Positions 10,701 to 22,510 are shown, counted from the stretch's first letter. The stretch is 64,000 nt of DNA from Eledone cirrhosa (GCA_964016885.1 OZ024741.1:37820001-37884000), one strand, 5' to 3'. Numbers and translations are program-made. Notes: generated by a model not told the origin, from the letters alone.

Positions 10701-11880
10701 TCACTTAGGATTAGGAAAGCAAGTGATGCTTTCGGAAAGCTAGAAAGGCGACTCTGGGGTGGGCGAGACATATGCAGGAGGACAAAGGTAAAAGTGTACA
10801 GGGCATGTGTGCTGTCTTGTCTTCTTTATGCCTGCGAGACCTGGGTCACATATCGACACCACCTTAAGCAATTGGAGCGTTTCCATCAGATGTGTCTCAG
10901 ACGGATCCATGGCGTTCACTGGAGGGACCACATCAGTGATGTCGAGATTTTGGAAAGCTCTATGTGTGACAGTATAGAAGCTCTTGTGCTTAAGCAACGA
11001 CTCCGTTGGAGTGGTCACCTTGCCAGGATGAAGGATTCTAGAATACCAAAACAACTCTTTTATGGAGAGTTGGTTAAAGGAAAACGACCGCCACATAAAC
11101 CAAAAAAGAGGTATAAGGATTCCTTGAAAGCCTCTCTGAAAGACGCTAACATCTCTGCTGATACATGGGAAAATATTGCTGCTGATCGTAATAAATGGAG
11201 AAAGACTGTATATGAGGGAAAAGTTGCCTTTGAGGCATCTCGAATCGCATACGAGAAAGTAAAGCGGGATGTGAGGAAGGGCATTGCTGTTGCACTTCCA
11301 GACGGCGAGGGTCCTCCTATGGTGCGAGACTCTGCCTAAGCAAAGCTGGACTCGAAAGTCATCTTCGCAGTCATAAAGTAAGACCAGTGGTTGACTACCA
11401 GGCTGCTGTTGGAGATGCTACTCATCATGCTTGCCAAACATGTGGTAGAGAATGTAAATCAGCAGGAGGGCTCAAGCGACATGCAAAAGTACACGAACTC
11501 CAACCACAGCCGACTATTCCCAGTGAATGTTTTGGTTGCCGACTCTGTGCAAGACATTTTAAATCATTGGCTGGGCTAAAAAGCCACATTCGATCGCAGC
11601 GCTGTTAGTGGCTATCGCGTGTGTGTGTGTATAGATATGTTTATGTGTGTGCGTGTATGTGTATATATATATGTATATGTATATTATTATTGTTGTTATT
11701 ATTATTATTATTGTTATTAATGTATATGTGTATATGTGTGTGTGTGTATATATGTTTATGTATGTGTGTGTATATATATATATATATATTATTTTTTTAT
11801 TTTTTTATTTATTTATTTATTAATTATTTTTTTTCTCCTCGTGCAATGGCCATACTCGATAACGAGGGGGCAGCCATCAT
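7704..11880 (+). mobile_element. Near-full-length RTE-clade LINE, inactivated
   Basis: Structured 5' UTR; single APE-RT coding region broken into ORFs 8082-8324, 8480-8689, 8604-10133, 10200-11339 and 11387-11608; 3' end GGCCATACTCGATAACGAGGGGGCAGCCATCAT followed by (GTAT)n. Confidence 0.92.
8082..11608 (+). pseudogene. Disrupted RTE polyprotein (APE, RT, C2H2 fingers)
   Basis: Motifs WNVRTL...PERRTALVAKEL, YAPT, GDFNARVG, WTDH, YRGISLLS, FVDLTKAFD, GVKQG, YADD and LRWSGH. In-frame TGA codons near 8322 and 10131, plus frameshifts near 8400, 8610 and 11320. Confidence 0.9.
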
Positions 11881-12022
11881 GTATGTATGTATGTATGTAT
11901 GTATGTATGTATGTATGTATGTATGTATGTATGTATGTATGTGTATATATATATATATATATATGTATGTATATGTATGTATGTTTATGTATGTATGTAT
12001 ATCTGTATATATATATATATGC

Positions 12023-12053
<31 letters not shown>

Positions 12054-12273
12054 TGTATGTATGTATGTATGTATGTATGTATGTATATGTATATATATAT
12101 ATATATATGTATATATATCTGTATATATATATATATATAGATATATGTATATGTATATGTATGTATGTATATGTATGTATGTATATGTATGTATATGTAT
12201 GTATGTATGTATATATATGTATGTATATGTATGTATGTATATGTATGTATCTATATGTATGTATATATATCTG

Positions 12274-12336
<63 letters not shown>

Positions 12337-12593
12337 CTGTATATATATATATATATATATGTATGTATATGTATGTATATGTATGTATATGTATGTTTGT
12401 ATATGTATGTTTGTATATATATATATGTGTGTATATTTATGTATATGTATATATATATATGTATATATCTATATGAATATATGTATCTATATATATATAT
12501 AACGAAGGAAATGTGGTAAGGAACCAGGTGGACCATAACGCACCAAAGTACTCAATACTTGGGGTAGTAGAGTGGGTAATAGGAACCAGTAAG

Positions 12594-12687
12594 ACCCCGA
12601 CGGCTGAGCTCAAGCCGTTTCGACGGCTAATTCTGGACTAAATGAAAATTTATCCTGGTATTTAAATAGCCGATCTTCTCAAGGGGT
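12594..12687 (-). ncRNA. Type I hammerhead ribozyme, U3-A8 core variant
   Basis: Reverse complement of the 13197-13290 motif. Confidence 0.75.
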
Positions 12688-13196
12688 AATTCCATATATG
12701 GTCAAAGTGATTGTCAAAAGTCAGTAGTAATTCTGTGATTGCAAATTAGTAGGGGAGATGGTGGCTAAACCTGCCAGTAGGAGAAAGAGGAGGTGGAGTA
12801 GACCCAATCAAGCGTTGGTAGTGCCAGCTACAGCTGGGCATGAGGTCAAAGAAGATACTGGGGAGGGGGAGGGGGAGGAAGTCGGAACGGTAGGTAGAAC
12901 AATGAGGGGTAAAAATATATATGAAAGAAAAAATACTGAGAGTGAAGAAAAGCGAATAAGTGTAAAGAAAAAAGTAAAGCAAGTTCTACGACCTAGGTCT
13001 CTAGCTATTGTTAGGCTAGATAAATAAATAAATAAAGAAAGAAAGAAGTAAAGAAAGAAATAAAGAAATAACGAAATAAGTAAATGAACCCTCCCTTTTT
13101 CTCCTACTGGCAGGTTTAGCCACCATCTCCCCTACTAATTTGCAATCACAGAATTACTACTGACTTTTGACAATCACTTTGACCATATATGGAATT

Positions 13197-13290
13197 ACCC
13201 CTTGAGAAGATCGGCTATTTAAATACCAGGATAAATTTTCATTTAGTCCAGAATTAGCCGTCGAAACGGCTTGAGCTCAGCCGTCGGGGT
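13197..13290 (+). ncRNA. Type I hammerhead ribozyme, U3-A8 core variant
   Basis: Stem I ACCCC/GGGGT; core TTGAGAA; stem II GA(T)CGGCTA...TAGCCGTC; GAAA; stem III CGGCT-tgagctc-AGCCG; cleavage triplet GTC at 13283-13285. Confidence 0.78.
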
Positions 13291-13300
13291 CTTACTGGTT

Positions 13301-13371
<71 letters not shown>

Positions 13372-13560
13372 ATATGTATATATGTATGGATGTATATATA
13401 TATATGTATATATATGTGTATATATGTATATATATGTATATATATGTATATATATATATATATATATATGTATATGTATATTAACTAGACATGTGTGAAC
13501 CTCTCTATGTACATCTTAATTTTTTTAATCAGCATAATATTTAATTAGACATTAGTTTGG

Positions 13561-13599
<39 letters not shown>

Positions 13600-13792
13600 G
13601 CGTGCGCACACGATTTTACTTGATCCTATCCATTCCAGTACATAATTGTTTTCAAGTCTGGTACAGATATCGATCTCTGGTTCATATTATATCGATCTCT
13701 GTAAATTATAGATCATATAATCAACAACTTACACACTCACAGACACACACACACATAGATACACATACATATACATACACGCACAGATACAT

Positions 13793-13855
<63 letters not shown>

Positions 13856-13924
13856 TAGACACACACACACAGATACACGCACACACATATATATACACAC
13901 ACATGTATATATATATACACACAC

Positions 13925-14028
13925 ATATACATACACACACTTACACATACACACCACAAACACATTTATGTATATGAAGAACTGCACACATGTACACACA
14001 CACACACGCACACACACGCACACACATG

Positions 14029-14060
<32 letters not shown>

Positions 14061-14137
14061 GATACACACACATACATCCACACTTCTTACACATACACAC
14101 CACAAACACATTTATGTATATGAAGAACTGCACACAT

Positions 14138-14172
<35 letters not shown>

Positions 14173-14380
14173 AACATATATATATATAGAGAGATACACA
14201 TACATCCACACTTCTTACACATACATACCACAAACACATTTATGTATATGAAGAACTGCACACATGTACACACACACACACACACACATACAAACATATA
14301 TATATATAGAGAGATACACATACATCCACACTTCTTACACATACACATCACAAACACATTTATGTATATGAAGAACCTCC
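13925..14380. repeat. Tandem repeat of about 120-145 bp (about 3.5 units) with embedded (CA)n
   Basis: CACAAACACATTTATGTATATGAAGAAC recurs four times. Confidence 0.85.
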
Positions 14381-14936
14381 GTAGAGTTCACGTCTACCAA
14401 ATTTTACTGACATTGTTCGAGCCACACTGAAGGAAGCTCTATTAGAAGATATTTGACCATGCTATCTCTCTGTGGTGCTGGAGCCCGAAACTACGTGATT
14501 GCCAAATAATCTTCGTAACCATCCCTACGCCAATGCTGGTGCTCAGGGCTTTCAAGAGAAATTTTGTGAGGCGTTACAAGACCCCTTTGGGGCCCGAAGC
14601 AGGCAAAGGTTTTTTTTCTCAAAATGGATATTGCATGATTTATGTTGGGACCTTCTTAGCTCTTGGGCCCTGGAACAAAGTACCCGCTGCCCCCCCCTCT
14701 CATTGGTGCTAGCTAAATATAAAAACCAATAAAGAATTCTGTTGGTGTCAACAACCTATAAGATGACTTCAATGACATATCGCTGGTTGGGTGATGACAA
14801 CATACAATTCAATGCCAGAGAGATGAAACCATTCTGTTATATATATGAGTAATAACTGTTTCTACTTTAGGCATAAGGCCAGCAATTACCCAGTGCATTA
14901 CTGGTACTTTATTTTATCGACCCCGTAAGGATTAAC

Positions 14937-14977
<41 letters not shown>

Positions 14978-14988
14978 TATATATATAT

Positions 14989-15185
14989 AACGAAGGAAAT
15001 GTGGTAAGGAACCAAATGGATCATAACGCACCAAAGTACTCAATACTTAGGGTAGTAGAGTGAGTAATAGGAACAAGTATGACCCCGACGGCAGAGCTCA
15101 AGCCGTTTCGACGGCTAATTCTGGACTCCAGAATTAGCCGTCGAAACGGCTTGAGCTCTGCCGTCGGGGTCATACTTGTTCCTAT
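14989..15185. mobile_element. Family P1 copy 2: tail plus perfect palindrome
   Basis: Same 78-nt tail; 59-bp arms at 15067-15125 and 15127-15185 around a 1-nt centre; (TA)n flanks. Confidence 0.85.
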
Positions 15186-15222
15186 ATATATATATATATA
15201 TATATATGAACCGTTATTATTC

Positions 15223-15255
<33 letters not shown>

Positions 15256-15334
15256 AAAGGTAAACAGAAATAACAACACAATCGGTACAGTATATGGAAG
15301 GGATATATTAGGTTAACGCTTGATATAGCAGGAA

Positions 15335-15378
15335 GAGGGTCTTAATGTTTCGGACGCAAGTCCTTCATCAGGAGAAAG
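15335..15378 (-). ncRNA. Hammerhead-like core (partial) in a Penelope-like end
   Basis: Minus strand reads CTGATGA-aGGAC-TTGC-GTCC-GAAAC; stems I and III are not convincingly closed. Confidence 0.5.
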
Positions 15379-15407
15379 AATGATAAATAAGATAGGTTGA
15401 GGGGACG

Positions 15408-15492
<85 letters not shown>

Positions 15493-15619
15493 TATTAGTG
15501 TGTAACGTTTAGTTTCTATTGGTTCGCCAATTTGTGCACTCAATGCAGATGTGGTATTCTACATTTGGTATTACACCGTGGTCGGTACCCTTAAGAACCA
15601 GAGTGATGATAATAATAAT

Positions 15620-15813
15620 AATTGTTTCTACTTTAGGCACAAGGCCAGCAATTTTGGTGGAGAGGAAAGTCGATTAAATCGACCCCACTGCATTACTGGT
15701 GCTTTATTTTATCAATTCCATAAGGATGAAAAGCAAAGTAAACCTCTGTGGGATATGAACCCAGAACGTAAAGCATGTTGACCGACGCTCTACCGATACT
15801 GCGAATCCACCGC
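15620..15813 (-). mobile_element. tRNA-derived SINE, family A (degenerate)
   Basis: Homologous to the 47781-47968 copy; a 3' fragment also lies at 14856-14932. Confidence 0.75.
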
Positions 15814-16261
15814 CCTTGTGTATATCAATAATAACGCAAGCATGGCGGAATTGATAAGAAGTTTGCTTTGCAATTATGATGCCCCGGAGTTCGATCTCAC
15901 TGCGTGGCATCTCAAATCGATCCAAATATTATAAGTGAAACTGGGTCGACGGAAACTATGTGGAAGCCTGTCGAATGGATTGTATCTGTAAATCAAAGGC
16001 CATGTCACATATTGTGTCACGCTGATTCGGTTTAGGAATCACATTAAGGGTACACGTGTCTGTGATATACTCAACTACTTAGTTGTTAATTCACAAGCTG
16101 GACCTTTAGTTGATCGAACAATTGAATGATCATCGTCGAAACCGATGGATGATCCACCAACGACGCTTAAATTAACATCACTAAGTTAGCAACAACATGC
16201 AAATAACTGCCAGATATTCTATCCTTTTCATGCTACTATCAGTCATTAGACTGTGGACATA

Positions 16262-16515
16262 ATGTGTATGACAGCTCACACCTATGCAGGTTTAGCTGGC
16301 CTCCTCCAAGGTATATCTCGTTGGAGGTGTCTTGGGTGATTTAATGATAGGGACTGGGGTCTCTATCATCTCATTTTTACAGCTGAGTAAACTGGAGCAA
16401 CGTGAAATAAAGTGTCTTGCTCAAGGAAACAACACATCACCCGGTCCGAGAATTGAACTCACAACCTTTCGATTGCAAGCCCAATGCTCTAACCACTAAG
16501 CCATGCACCTTCACA
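16262..16515 (-). mobile_element. SINE family B with an extended 3' region
   Basis: Nearly identical to 26380-26625 over about 245 bp. Confidence 0.8.
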
Positions 16516-16856
16516 AGGCGCGCGCGCATGTGTGTGTGTGCGCCACATCGACCCAAGTAACATATTTTTTCAAGTGTTGACAAAACTTGTATGTAAAGGG
16601 CAGTCATGTCTGATTATATTTATATTTATATATACTTCCTTGGCGGTAGAAAGGTATTTTGATAAGCTTTGACTTCCATCTGCTGTGTATTGGTATTACA
16701 CCGTGGTCTGGCTTTGAAAATTACGCTTGCTGCTTCGATATAATATTTATCGGTTTGACTCTCTTATGGTGCTGCTGACCTTTAAAATCCTTTCTCTTTT
16801 AGGCAATTTCTACTCAATAATCAGGATTTTGATTTGCTTATAAGGACATCTTCTTT

Positions 16857-16929
<73 letters not shown>

Positions 16930-16935
<6 letters not shown>

Positions 16936-17187
16936 GTGAGGTTTTTTTTACAAAATTAAAAATAACCGAGGTGTCCTACACCAAGAAAAAAAGATGAAAT
17001 CGAAAATGCAACTGGAGTCTTATTTAAAAAAATATATATATATTTATTTGGTTCCTTTACCGGTTTCGCAGTTTACTCATTCTTTTTGAAAAGCAGAAGA
17101 ACTGCGAAACCGGTAAAGGAACGAAATAAATATATATATATTTTTAAAAATAAGACTCCAGTTGCATTTTCGATTTCATCTTTTTTC

Positions 17188-17190
<3 letters not shown>
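16930..17190. mobile_element. Penelope-like fold-back element, family P2
   Basis: About 57-nt tail; inverted arms near 16987-17074 and 17100-17186; (TA)n flanks; a second copy of the arm lies at 53095-53200. Confidence 0.72.
17080..17121 (+). ncRNA. Minimal type I hammerhead, U3-A8 core variant
   Basis: Stem I TTCTTT/AAGGAA; core TTGAAAA; stem II GCAG-aagaa-CTGC; GAAA; palindromic mini stem III (ACCGGT); triplet GTA. Confidence 0.68.
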
Positions 17191-17259
<69 letters not shown>

Positions 17260-17815
17260 CATTATGCTTCATATATAATATAAAAATTATCGAAAATATA
17301 AACTAACGCAATATATTTATAAATCATTACGAGTTAAATAGCGGACTAACAATGCTATCCTGCTGGTACACTTACTTGGACCTCATATTCCCATGTATTT
17401 TGAGATCTTATGAAAAATCACAAAAAAAGGTGAGTTATACAACTTAACTGCTTTAGTTGTTAAATTTAAAGTTATTTGTGCTGGAGAAATTGTTTTGTTG
17501 AAAACCGAAGAATAGACAAATATTTTATTTAGAACCTGCGATGGACATACCAATGATATTTGGGTTAGAAAATAATAACAGTAGGAATTGGGGAGGCAGG
17601 TGTTAAAAGAGGAAATCTCGTGAAGAAATGAAAGACGGACATTGGCAGAATCATCACGAAATATACATTGTGGCGACTATAATTTCAACATTTTTTTATT
17701 TGCCAATACTGTGTATTTTTGTGATTGATTTTGTCAGGTAGAACAGCAATTTGTTTTTCTCATCTAACGTGGTTCTGCATTAAGTGTAAATAGTTATTAT
17801 TTCACATCTCTGAAG

Positions 17816-18004
17816 AGCGGTGGATTGGCCGAAGAATCGGTAGAGCGTCGGGCAACATGCTTTACGGCATATTGTTACGGCCCTTTACGTTCTGAGTTCA
17901 AATCCCACGACTTTAACTTTGCCTTTTATCTCTCCGGGGTTCGATAAAATAAAGTACGTGTAATGCACTGGGGTCGATTTAATTGATTTCCCCTCCTCCC
18001 AAAT
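17816..18004 (+). mobile_element. SINE family A
   Basis: GGTGGATTGGC...GAGTTCAAATCCC...CTTTGCCTTT...GGGGTTCGATAAAATAAAGTAC. Confidence 0.8.
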
Positions 18005-18522
18005 TGTTGTCTTTATACCTATTATTTTACACCTCGGTAGCTTTATTTCCTCTTCATATAAACGACCATTGGACCAACCCTACTTCTGTAGAAATTGCAC
18101 ATGTTTCGATTAAATTCCAAAATTCAGTGGAATTTGTGCCGATAACTCTGATCACGTGTTGGCCAAACCCGGGTTTCTCTATTGCCTATCATTAGTAATC
18201 TAAAACAGAATGAACCTCCATCAATTTCGAGGATGAGCGTTCTAGTTGTTCGATCAATGAAACTGTCTGCTCGTGAAATTAACGTGCAAGTGGCTGACCG
18301 TTTCATTCACACGTTTCTCCTTAACATAATTCTCAGGGAGATTCAGCGTGGCACAGTGTATGACAAGGGTAGTCCTTTCAATTACAGGTATTATAGTGTA
18401 AGTGATTTAGTATTCCACAGAGACGTGTACCCATGATATAATTCTCAGGGAGATTCAGCGTGGCACAGTGTGTGACAAGGAAAGCCCTTTTTATTACGGA
18501 CACAGTCTACATTGTATTATAG

Positions 18523-18740
18523 TGTGGTGGATTGGCATATCGGTAGAGCGTTTGACAACATGCTTTGTGGCATAGAGTTATGGCCCTTTACGTTCATAGT
18601 TCAAATTCCGCCGAGGTTAGCTTTGCCTTTAATCCTTACGGGGTCGATACAATAAAGTACCTGTAATGCACTGGAGTCGATTCATTCGACTTTCTCCTCC
18701 CCTTAAAACTTGCTGGCCTTGTGCCTAAAGTAGAAACAAT
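18523..18740 (+). mobile_element. SINE family A
   Basis: Family head, B-box, core and the GCTGGCCTTGTGCCTAAAGTAGAAAC tail. Confidence 0.82.
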
Positions 18741-19189
18741 TATAGTGTAAGTGGTTTTGTATTTCACAGAGACGTATACCCATACCATACAGTGTGTGAC
18801 TAGGCTGGCCTATTGAATTACTGGTACAATCTATATGATGGTCTTCTGAACAATATCTGTATACCTAGTTTTCCCTCACAAGGCTTGCATCAACTCGAGG
18901 TTATGGTAAAGGAAATTTTCCCAATATGCCACGTAGTAGGAACGAACTTGAGACCTTATAGATACAAACGATCTTTTGCCTATCCCGTGTTTAGATTAAT
19001 ATTAAACAGGTTTATTTTGCGGCATCATTACCGTTGTGATCTTCTCTAAACATACATATCTACGCATTTATCCAAATAACTTAACCATTTTTTATCATGC
19101 TTATATTGATGGCTACAGTTAAAGGGGTTGTATTCATTCCACGAAAGAATGAATAGTCTTCTATGCTGACGTCATTAACGCCAACGCTA

Positions 19190-19229
<40 letters not shown>

Positions 19230-19247
19230 CATTTATATTTGCATGTG

Positions 19248-19302
<55 letters not shown>

Positions 19303-19370
19303 GCAAATATAAATGTATGTTTGTATGTAAGTGTATAGTTATGCATATATATATATATATATATATATAC

Positions 19371-19403
<33 letters not shown>

Positions 19404-19572
19404 TCTGTCTGCCTGCATGCATGTTATAAGTTTCGTGAGATCTATTCAGCCACTTATGGAACCGGAAGTGATGTCAGTGAATACCGGAAACTCATACAGA
19501 CAACCAACGCGTATCTGTTTAATACGGAGATAGAAAAAACTTAACGTCCGATACCCTTATCCACCCGGTTTC

Positions 19573-19629
<57 letters not shown>

Positions 19630-20140
19630 ATGTATAAATATTTCACTCCACAAACACTTACACACAAACAGTTACAGATATATATATATATATATTGCAA
19701 TATGCCTGCTCACAAACATCTGAAATTGGAAACTTCAGGGCTTGACTAAATCCGTTACAGTTTTCAATGTTTGTCTCTGAATGTGAACGTTTAGTTAGAG
19801 ATTTTAAGATCTGACTCAGTGATTCTGTAAACAACTTAACATAAACCCTTCATATTTGATCAAGGATATTCATTCTTAAGTAGGGTTGAACCAAATCCAA
19901 ATTCAATGCTCTCTTATTTCAAGCCTGGTCATTACCGCTTTAGTTTGTTGTTTATTTAAATTATTTACCAAAAGCGTATATGTATTTATGATGGGAAATA
20001 ATTTTCGGGTAAGTTTAATTCGGTTTACACAGGAAATACTATTGTCTAAACAAGGGACCTCCAAAGGGGTCGATGGATCTTTTGGGCCAAAACTTAACAT
20101 TTGTATAAGAAATGAAAATACATATGTCGTGTATATATAT

Positions 20141-20526
20141 AATTGTTTCTACTTTTGGCACAAGGCCAGTAATTACCCAGTACATTACTGGTACTTTATT
20201 TTATCGACCCCGTAAGGATGAAAGGTAAAGTTAACCTCGGCGGGATTTGAACTCAGAATGGCAAGGGCCGTAACTCTATACATCAAAGCATGGCGTCCGA
20301 CCCTCTACCGACACTGCCAATCCAAATATTATTTATTTGGGCGGTGGATTGGCAATATCGGTAGAGGGTCGGATACCATGCTTTGCAGCATAGAGTTACG
20401 GCCCTTTATGATCTGAGTTCAAATCCTTACGGGGTCGATAAAATAAGGTACCAGTCACGCACTGGGGTCGATTTAATCGACTTGCCCCTCACCCCAATTG
20501 ATGGCCTTGTGCCTATATAAGAAACC
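20141..20526. mobile_element. Two family-A SINEs head to head (20141-20324 minus, 20339-20526 plus)
   Basis: Both match the family A consensus seen in this window, in opposite orientation, about 15 bp apart. Confidence 0.85.
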
Positions 20527-20548
20527 AGTCTGTATATATATATATAAA

Positions 20549-20664
20549 TATAGGAAAAGAGTCAGGACCCCGACGGCTGAGCCCCGGCCGTTTCGACAGC
20601 TAGATCCTGACTCTTTTTATATTACCCACTCTACTACCCTAAGTATCTTACCACACCTTCTTTG

Positions 20665-20667
<3 letters not shown>
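20549..20667. mobile_element. Family P1 copy 3 (opposite orientation, short)
   Basis: ATAGGAAAAGAGTCAGGACCCCGACGGCTGAG arm, short inverted partner TCCTGACTCTTTT, and an internally deleted tail on the right; (TA)n flanks. Confidence 0.7.
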
Positions 20668-20737
<70 letters not shown>

Positions 20738-20925
20738 CAGAAAGCCATGTGACAAACCTAATGATATTTTATGGCGAAAGTGCGGATAGTTTTTGACTTC
20801 TCTCTCTAATCTCACCTTCCTCTCCAGGTGAAATTTGAAGAAGTTGATGAAGGAGTGTGTCTGAGAGAAAAGTCTTTGTCTTCAGTCCTTTCAATCCGGT
20901 CAATAATGATAATATTAATAATATA

Positions 20926-21297
20926 TCTACTATATAAATGGCAATTTCTGTCTGGTGTAACCAGTTGGCACCTACACCTCTGATCCGATCCTGATGAAAC
21001 TGTACACACATGTTAAGCTAATATTCAGATGACTACAGGACTGGCTAATTGGATTTCAATAAAAATCAATAACGGAAGCCCTGGGGACATCTTTACAATG
21101 GAGGAGAAAAGAGAAGACGTTTCATTGAAAGAGGGGGAAGAGGAGATAGTACTACTATATGTTACCCCCCCCCCCCCCCCAACTCCCCTTCCTCCTCCCA
21201 CAACTCAGTCCTCCAAAACGAGGAAAGAACTTAGAAATATACCTAAAGAAATTTCAAACAAAGCAGACGACAATCTAATTTTGGTTGACGACTGAAC

Positions 21298-21366
<69 letters not shown>

Positions 21367-22279
21367 GGCATCTGTTCAGTCGTCAACCAAAATTATATAT
21401 ATATCACTTCCACTGATATGAATTCTGAACACGTGCACACGCTTAGGTCACATTAAGGTCAACTGCAGGAATCGGTGATGAGTTACATAAAAGTGTGATG
21501 ATCAATGACCTGGAAGTTGGCTTAGTATGAGATTAGTCCGAAGAATAAAACCCCAAATTGTATGTTGACGAATATTCGTACTCCCGGCATGTTAATTGTA
21601 ACAAGCCGTCTTTGAGAGTAAAGTTTATTTTGTCGATGTTTCGAGGTGTTGGATCGTGGCAAGATTAACTCGAATTAAGATGTAACTTCTCCCCCATTAT
21701 TGACACTTTGCAACAGTGAACGTTACAAGGCCCTATTTAGGGCCAACACTTCTGATTGTTTATCCGACTTATTATGATGTGTTTTCTCGGGTTATGTCTA
21801 CTATAAGGGGAAAACGGGATGGTTTTATTGAATTGTTTCAGTGATTCGAAGGGCTTTACAAACGGTGATATACAGGGTGCTTGAACAGTACCTGAATATG
21901 TTCTCTCGGTTATAATTTCTTCAATAATTGCGACGATCTCCTCAATTGTTCTGTATTTGTTCTTGAGCACTAAGGCAGTAAGTTTGCTATTCTTATACAT
22001 AAGTTTGTTGAATAAGTTCCATACTCTTCGGGCTCAAACTTCCCTGACTTATTCACTCTGAATGAAGAAAGCTGGATGGAAGAAGGACTTATTACTTAAA
22101 CAGCTATTGATAGTTCCATACAAAAAAATTGATCTGCCATAAACACACCTAGCAAAGGTTGCAATTGAAAATCCAGTATGGGCACCCAGAGTCGCTAGCA
22201 GAGTCGCTAGATTTTCAGGCGCACTCTGGGAATTCCGAATAACCCCATCTTTCCCGGGCATTACCAGGTACTGCAGCTA

Positions 22280-22280
<1 letters not shown>
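20926..22280 (+). mobile_element. Non-autonomous Helitron
   Basis: 5' end A|TCTACTATATAAATGGC; 3' subterminal GC-rich hairpin-like CCCGGGCATTACCAGG followed by CTAG|T; A-T target site without TSD. Confidence 0.65.
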
Positions 22281-22319
<39 letters not shown>

Positions 22320-22465
22320 TTCCCCAAACCTTCCCACAACCTTTTCTTTCCTTGTTATTTTTTCCTTTCTTTGCATTATACCCCCCCCCCTACTTTCAAG
22401 AGCGTGAAACTAATAAACCTTTGTTTGTACTGCCTCCCTGTTTTTGTTCCCGTTCCAGTTTTCAC

Positions 22466-22510
<45 letters not shown>

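Larger units (their letters stand above)
12501..13305. mobile_element. Non-coding Penelope-like fold-back element, family P1 copy 1
   Basis: 78-nt tail (12501-12578); 208-bp inverted arms at 12579-12786 and 13098-13305; (TA)n on both sides; a hammerhead in each arm. Confidence 0.8.

Noticed and set aside
20985-21005. CTGATGAAAC hammerhead-like string
   Set aside because: No stem II between the core and GAAA; it lies in the Helitron 5' region.
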